64,000 bases of DNA from Paragordius varius (taxonomy: Eukaryota > Animalia > Nematomorpha). The translations under genes were made by a program, and so were the position numbers. The stretch lies in assembly GCA_964247055.1 (NCBI GenBank), contig OZ176055.1:1178001-1242000 (forward strand), written 5' to 3'. Below, piece after piece: positions 56,424 to 64,000 of this stretch. Below the pieces are notes generated by a model that made no database searches, was not told the origin of the DNA, and was given only the letters and a program-made list of their open reading frames with translations. How positions within the stretch are numbered: position 1 is the first letter of the stretch; every line of letters begins with the position of its first letter.

Positions 56424-58203
56424 ATGTTCCACCAAAGATCTCGCACACGCTTGAAATTATTATTTTTTGGACTCGTTATACTTTACATTTTATATAAAAG
56501 TATTAAATGTTATATATCTTAAAGTTAATATATATTTGACTATTCCAACTATATACCTTATCACACCAACATATGACCGTCCAGAGCAAATACCTGAATT
56601 TTTAAGGCTTGTGCAATATTTAAAAGATGTATCTCATATATGTTGGATTATTGTTGAGGATGCTCATTCTAATTCACCCAAATTGATCAATTTTTTAAAG
56701 GCTCACAATGTCAAAAATTACGTTTTGCTCAACATAAAAACTCCACAAACGCTTAAAGTTGATGTACGGTTTGAAATGTTTTTATATATTTTGTTTTTTA
56801 GCCCAAGAATCCTGGCATACATTGGGTACATCCACGAGGTGTCCTCCAAAGAAATTTGGGTTTGAATTGGCTTTTCAATTATTCGCAATCAACAGTTTCG
56901 GGGAGAAGAGCAGTTGCTAATGGCGTTATTTATTTTATGGACGATGATAACACATATGATCCACGGATTTACGAAGAGGTGTTTTTAAATTGAAAACCTA
57001 TATAATTAATGAATATATACATAAAACCATTTTCGAGCATTTTAAAATATCCTGCTTTGGATACTTTATGGATATTGTACAACTGTTTCATTGTATATTA
57101 ATTTTGACGAACAAGCCGAATTTTAGTATTTCAAAAAACGGTTGTGTTGCGGATAATAAGTTATGTATATTCGACAATTGGGATCATAAGGGTAGTTTGC
57201 TATATAGTTTATTAATTTACTTTGATATCTTTGCCCGTGTAATAAAAGTTGAGCATTTCTTTTAATAAATCAAAATTTTTGGTCTCTATGGCAAACCGTT
57301 TTAAGTGATTTAGAAAACGTGTTTAAATAAATTTACACTATATATAATCATTTTTTAGATGAGATATACACAAAGGGTATCTGTATGGCCAGTTGGTTTA
57401 GTTGGGGGTTTGTTAGTAGAAACACCAATAGTGGACCCAGAAAGCAAGAAAGTTATCGATTTTAATTCCATGTGGCATCGAGAGAATAGACGTTTTCCAT
57501 TAGATATGGCTGCTTTTGCCATTAATTTTGCTTTTTGGTTACAGCAAATTAATGCCAAAACTAATGAGCAATTAAAAAGCAATTTTATACGAGGGTATTT
57601 TTCACCCCAAAGCCTGATTGGAGAAATGGAAAATGATTTTTTGATGAGTTTACACGTAACGTTGCAAGATTTGGAACCGCGTGCTGAGTTATGCTCAAAA
57701 GTAGATAAATTAAATTAATAGACAAAACGTAATATAAAAGACATATATTTTTTTCTAAAAGAACGCCATATTTTTTAAACTTTTATTTTTTTAAATATAT
57801 AACCAACCTTTTAAGTGGCCCAGAGTAAGTATATAATTTGGTAACATTATCAATCATATATATTTCATGTTAAAAGTATCAACGGGTCATTAAAGTATGG
57901 TTATCTAATCTTAACATAAAAATATTTGTCTTTAAATTTTTACGCATTGTCGGTATACTTGGAATTTTTACTGTATGCATATTAGCAAAAAAAATCATTT
58001 TATAATTGATAGGGAATGAAATTGAAAGCAGTATAAAAATCAATTCTTTAAAAATATCATTGTTAGTCGACATAAAAATGAAAAATAATTTTTTACAGAT
58101 TTTAGTATGGCACACTAAATCATGGCCCGCTAAATTAAACCAGGAAGCCTTGCTTCAAAAACTTGGAAAACCCCCCTCCGATTATCAAATGAAATTATTT
58201 TGA
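56424..58203 (+). CDS. Galactosylgalactosylxylosylprotein 3-beta-glucuronosyltransferase (GT43, GlcAT-I/P/S family)
   Basis: Exons 56424-56499, 56525-56763, 56802-56978, 57359-57700, 58099-58203 (312 aa). Type II anchor MFHQRSRTRLKLLFFGLVILYILYK; motifs PTIYLITPTY, WIIVED, RGVLQRNLGL, YFMDDDNTYD (DxD), VSVWPVGLVGG, FPLDMAAFAIN, ILVWHTK. The specific B3GAT paralogue cannot be assigned. Confidence 0.92.
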
Positions 58204-58740
58204 TGTCCGTTTTTCATTTCATAAAGAAATAAATTATATATATATAATACACATAGTAAAAATTAAAAACAACTCAAACTGCTAAAAACTGATTGTATTG
58301 ATAAAAAACTATTTCACAATAATCTAGATAGTTTACGATGGTGTACCATCAAAACTTATTGTTAAACAACCAATGTCAACATAAACTAAAAAACTGCTTA
58401 TAAAGATATATCCTTCAACTGAATTACAATTGTGGAATTTAAAATGGAGTGTAAAATATTATATTATAAGATATATATTTCTTGCAAACCCAAAAACAAT
58501 TATAAGGTTATTACATATATCCTGATTGGTTTTCCGATAGAAAGTCTGTTTTTTTAATAACTTGTCATTATAATTTCAATTTTTACTGTAATAAAACTTA
58601 ATAATCACCCACTATATTCCTATTTAAAAAATAGTTATCAATGAATTAACTTTCGTTATAAAAATAAATTTTATTTTAATTAAATTCATAGCTAGCTATA
58701 ATATATTTATTTCTCTAAAAACTCTTTACTCAAACTAAAA

Positions 58741-60933
58741 TCAATGGTGTAAGTTTTGATCTTGGGGTGTCAGGGGGAAAGAATAATGTATCATTCGCCT
58801 AATTTCGGTTGGGTATTCACCAGTAGTTTTCATAACCAAAAATTTTTCAATATAATCATAGGGATAATCTTTTTTCATCTACGATTATATGAATATTGTA
58901 TTTTATAACTTAAATAGCGGTTGCAAAAAAAATGTCTTTTTTATTAATTTTTTTAAATTAATGTAGTATTTTCATTTATCATTAAATATCCAAATTAAAA
59001 TCGAATTACATATAATTAATTATATTACAGCGACTGGAATAAAAAACGAATATGTGGAAATTGTATTTTATAACATGAATAACGGTTTAAAAAAATATCT
59101 TTTTGGATAAAATTTGATAAATGCTAGTTTTTAATATATTTATATTTTAAAAGACTATATTTGTAAGATGTTTAACAGAAAAAATAAGTCATCAAAATTT
59201 AATTTTTGAATATATTAGGTGTATAATTTTTAAATTTAACAATAAAGAACTAATTATAACACAAATAAGAAAATCTACACCAATATTTTACAAAAATCGC
59301 AATATAAAACAAAAACGCAAAACGGTTTAATATTATATAAAAACCTACTTATTATTAACTATAAATAAAAAGAATTAATATTAATTACACGTGGCCAATC
59401 AATGATTGTATCTTGAAAGAACCAAGCAAGGAAAACTAAGCCAAAAAGCGAGCCCCAAGAAAATAGATTGTGCATAAACCTAAAATTATTGTATAATATA
59501 ATAGGGAAATCATAATTTTTTTATATCAAATATTTATTTTTCATTTTTGTTTTATGGTTTAAAATAACTACGAAAAATTTATATTAAAATGAATTACCAT
59601 CCTATTTTGGGTTTTAAATTCATATCAATGTGTTCGCCCACAATGTGCCACATTGGATGTACCTATATATATATATTTATATATATATATATATAAAACG
59701 GGAAATTTTAATTAAAATTATGCGTCTTACGAGGCATTCAAAACAGGTTTATATTTTACAACCAATATTTCTTTAACATGAGACCTATATTTTAAACAAT
59801 TTAAAGCGAGATCGTTTAGAAAAATGCTTAATTTAATAAATAATTTGCAGTTTAACGAAAAGAAAAGCTATTCTATCTATTATCGCTTTTACACCAAATT
59901 GTTAAGCCTTAACCTCATAAAAAAACTCTTTTCACTACGGAATCATCCATATAGTGTAAAAAACTAAAAAGGCACATATTAAGAAAATATATGACAGGTA
60001 CAAACAGGCTACATTCAATAAAACTAAAATATACAGCATAACGGACCAAGAAATCGAATAAAATCACAAAAGAATGAAATAAGGGGGAAAATCATTTTTA
60101 GTGTGCATGTTTTTTCTTTAATCGAAATTTTTACCGTATCTTTACTTACTAATATAAATTCTATTTAATTCATATTAGGGAAAATTCATTTTTCGTTTGC
60201 ATATATTGGTTTCATTTAAAATAAGTTTTAGTGCATTTTAACTCATCATGCTGTATTCTCTAAAAACGATTTTTTATTAAAGTAACTTTACCGGTTCGTA
60301 GTAATCACGAAACCATGGTGCATTCCAAGAATAAGTTGGGTCTTTTAGCGGACCAAAAATATATGGTAATTTGGGGTAATCTCCTACCCCAAGACCATCG
60401 TCAGGGTAGGGTTCATAATCTTCCACAATCATACCATATTTCCGGGCAGCACGTTCCCTTTCCTCTGGAGTTTTGGGGTACGGACCAATAGAAAATTCTC
60501 CATCTATTTTGACATATATTATCATGCTTTATTTCATTTCAAAGCGTTTTTTATTGAAATTAACAGTATTTTTCACAAAAATCAAATAAATCTTGATATA
60601 TTTTTACAAAATCCAAAAAAAGGTTTTAAGAATGAAATTAAAATTTTTTTATGTATGTTCAACAACTAACAATGATAGGTATATATTGGTATATAATCTA
60701 ACTTTTAACCCATAGGAAACAAATATAAAATATGTTGGTTTAAAATCATTATATATTACATTTGAGCTAATGTAAGACAAAACAATTTTCAATCCGAAAT
60801 TAAAGCAAATAGCCATATTATTAGTGGAAATAATATACTTACGCGCTGCATATAGTGGAATTGTTGGATGGTATGTTTTTACCGTTAAAAATGCTTTAGG
60901 ACGAAAATTTAAGGTTGCTCGCATGCAATTCAT
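58741..60933 (-). CDS. NDUFB8: NADH dehydrogenase (ubiquinone) 1 beta subcomplex subunit 8
   Basis: Exons (minus) 60933-60843, 60503-60292, 59662-59598, 59479-59389, 58878-58741 (198 aa). Basic presequence-like N-terminus; [41 protein letters not shown]; one TM segment; KKDYPY...IHYSF. Confidence 0.92.
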
Positions 60934-60990
60934 AGGTGATATTTTGTAGCATCACAAAACAATATGTTAGAGATATTTTTTCTACATATA

Positions 60991-61577
60991 TTAACACTTC
61001 GATTCAAATTGGGGTATCTAAATACCCCAGACTAAATTTAAATTAAAATTTTTAAATAACTACTGAAGGAAATGGTCCCAATTTAAAATGCTTTTATCTT
61101 GATAAATATTATAGAAATATGCCAAAATATCTTGATAAAATTTTGTTTTGAAAAAAAAGTTCCATATCGAACTAATTCGACGCCATTTTTATTTTATAAA
61201 AATTTTGCAAAATATCGTTTTTATTTAATTTTAAGAGTAAAACCGAGGCTAATTTTTTATATAAATTACATCTTACATTGATAGAAATAGAAAAAGCGGT
61301 TTATTTTGTATTATTTTTTAATTTTAAAATTTGACACATGTCACGTTGACGAAATTTTCACCTTTCGGTTTTAGCTCAAAATAAGTAATATCAAGTATTT
61401 TTGAATAAAATTTTTTATATATTTCGGTTTATTAATGTTATATAAGTGCAAAATTTTCCCATGGTTTTGATTCCTTCCATACTTTTCAAAGTAATTGATT
61501 TTAAACAGGCCTGGGGTATCCAACTACCCCAATTTGAATCGAAGTACTAAAATGAGTGTGTTGTATCCAAGTGTTAA
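60991..61577 (+). mobile_element. piggyBac-type MITE (family A) upstream of NDUFB8
   Basis: TTAA|CACTTCGATTC...AAGTG|TTAA, collinear with the other copies. Confidence 0.85.
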
Positions 61578-61856
61578 TCATACTAAAAAAATAGTCTTAA
61601 ATTCATATGAATTGGGAAAATACTTTATATGCAATGGAATAACCAAATATATTGGCTCATTCACAATGAACAGAATATTTAATATTAGAGTTCATGATAT
61701 GAACCTCACATTCCATAAACAATATATATGCGTGCATAACACTTCATGACCTTATAATTTATATGTACGCGAAATATTTTTGGGTAGTTTTTTAACCCAA
61801 AGCATGAAGTAGCACACAAAAACTACTGAAAAAAATTCTGGTTAAAATTTAATTTT

Positions 61857-62415
61857 TTAACACTAGTGGGGTATCTAAATACCCCGGACAATATTTAAGT
61901 TGATATTTTTTAGTTTAAAGGAAGCAGTTAACATTTAAATTTATGCTTTATACTAATAAAAATTATATAAATAGGTCAAAATATAGAAATAAAATTTAGT
62001 TTTGAAAAAAAAGTTTATTTCAAACTACTTTGGCGCCATTATTATTTTACAATATTTTGGCAAAATAGCGTTAATTAATTTTAAGCCTAAAATTAAGTTT
62101 AATTTATTATATATTCAATCACATTTAACATTAAATACAAAAAAAAGTGGTTTTTCCATTATTTATTTACCCTATGCACACATGTTATGTTGATTAAATT
62201 TTTACCTTTGGGTTTTACCAATATTTAATATAAAGTATTTTTGAATAAATTTTTTATTATATTTCGATTCTTTGTTGTTATATTATATAAGTCCTAACGT
62301 TTCCTATAATTTCTTCATTCCATATTTTTTTGAAATATTTAAATTAAAAGCCTGGAGTATCTAACCACTTCAATTTGAATCGAAGGACGGAATGCATGTG
62401 TTATCCAAGTGTTAA
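61857..62415 (+). mobile_element. piggyBac-type MITE (family A), diverged copy
   Basis: TTAA|CACT...AAGTG|TTAA with a small left-end deletion. Confidence 0.78.
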
Positions 62416-62917
62416 ACACCTTCTTCTCATGTATTAGGTATTTAGAACATTTACAGCTTTTAACATCTAGAGTCTCCATAAAAACTTAAAACACAATTAA
62501 AACTGATTTGAAATCGATACATATCAATAATTTGTTAGTAATTGATCCCCCAAATAATAAATATCAGTTCATTTTGAATAAATTTTTTATATTCTATGCA
62601 TGAATCTTTTAGCAACTTTTGAAATGGTTTACATCCCTTATTTTCGAAATTTTTAATTTGAAACATCCTGATTTTCGCATTTATTAATAAATCTATTGTG
62701 AAATTTAATCCCGAATTATCCATTCATAATTTTATATTCCTTGTAAATTAAGTTTAGAGCGTTTTCCCACCAAAAAGCTAAAAGGGGGGCGTTTATCTTT
62801 TCTCAAGTATATAACAATAGTGATAAAATATTTATAGCTGTTGTAACATTGCGCATATTTAAATATAAAAGGCAACAGAAAAAAATTAATAAATAATTTA
62901 TGGACATAAACAGCACA

Positions 62918-62962
62918 TTTAGGGCCGCATGTGGCCTGTGGGCAGTGGTTTGAGTACCACTG
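62918..62962. mobile_element. Isolated hAT-like right terminus
   Basis: GGGCCGCATGTGGCCTGTGGGCAGTGGTTTGAGTACCACTG resembles common hAT MITE ends; a related reverse motif lies at ~34320-34355. Confidence 0.45.
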
Positions 62963-64000
62963 ATATTGAGAGTAGCTAAATAGATATATATTTTTTGACT
63001 ATAATTGTGTTAATTAACATTGCTTTGCCTTAAAGCATACAATGAAATTTTTGGCTAAAGTATATTGGAATTTATATAGTAAAAACCATTTATAAATTAT
63101 TGTAGTGATAACTAAATATTGTCTCCCGCTCACATCTATTAGTAACACTATCTATTTAAAAATTTTGTTTTTAAACGCAATTAAAAATTTTGGGGTGTCC
63201 GTGACGAAAATGTGAAAGTCTAACTTTCAAACATTTTTTCAAAATCGCTTAACAGTGACATCAAAAATAGTATTTTTAAATTATATTGATTGCTTTTGAG
63301 ACAAATTTTGGAATCAATTTTTTGTTAAATTTCTGGTTAAACAACTTTCAATAATGTTTTTTACATATAATAGCTCTAATGCAAAAACACACCCCCTCCG
63401 TTTCTAATATAGTCAAAAAATAATGAAATTATTATAGTCTAATCATTAATTTTCCTTGGAATCTCGCGGCACGTGCGGATCACTGTGATAAACTAAAGAT
63501 CACTTTTATTATATAAAATTAAACTAGTTATAACGTACCATACATCATATAATATTTATTATTATACCGTATGAGTAATATGCATTAGTTGTTTAATGCA
63601 TAAATTTAATTTTTCCTGCTTTCTATAAATGGAAAAACTAGAAATGTTAGTTCTTTTAAACTGTATAACAAACTCAGTCATCAAATATACTGCTGTACAT
63701 AGATTTTTGATAACCTTAGACATAAACTATTAGCAGAGATACTTGGCAACTTCCCAGTAGTTTTTATTTGTTGACAAAATATTATATGTCCCCTTAACTT
63801 ATAGCTAAAATTAAGAAAACATGCAATAAATATGACATAGATTGCTATTTTGTTTATGTATAACGAATTTGTTTAAACAGAATTGAGAATCTAAATATTC
63901 AGTAACAACCTATATACAATTAATATTTAAAAGCTATATCATTTATTTTAGATGAGACCCAATATAAACCAACCAATATTTTAAAATTAGGTTGATTTCA

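Noticed and set aside
60260-60291. Possible 32-nt intron in NDUFB8
   Set aside because: All frames after this AG stop within 16 codons; the exon at 59662-59598 fits phase and homology instead.

Overview
Very AT-rich, intron-containing animal genomic DNA (an invertebrate; taxon not determinable from the window), not prokaryotic. Nine protein genes were rebuilt exon by exon with frame-consistent GT-AG junctions. These are the 3' part of a 7TM-less, tandem GPR158-type Cache/EGF ectodomain protein (+), an atypical class A peptide-type GPCR (+), RRM2 (+), PSMD3/Rpn3 (-), a miniaturised NOP53 (+), SPTLC1 (+), TPRA1/GPR175 (-), a B3GAT glucuronosyltransferase (+) and NDUFB8 (-). Long introns and intergenic DNA are packed with MITEs (a piggyBac-type TTAA family, several TA-flanked families, hAT ends), LINE remnants and one 5'-inverted RTE insertion. 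The standout signal is a strongly bimodal intron architecture. Ten introns of only 21-30 nt, plus one of 38 nt, are required to restore reading frames and sit mostly at gene 5' ends, whereas other introns in the same genes reach about 4 kb. Other highlights are a 137-aa NOP53 lacking the usual N-terminus, large Asn-rich insertions in core proteins, piggyBac MITE ends within about 60 nt of two start codons, and a two-copy structured GC-rich element. All gene models are manual reconstructions without transcript or database evidence.
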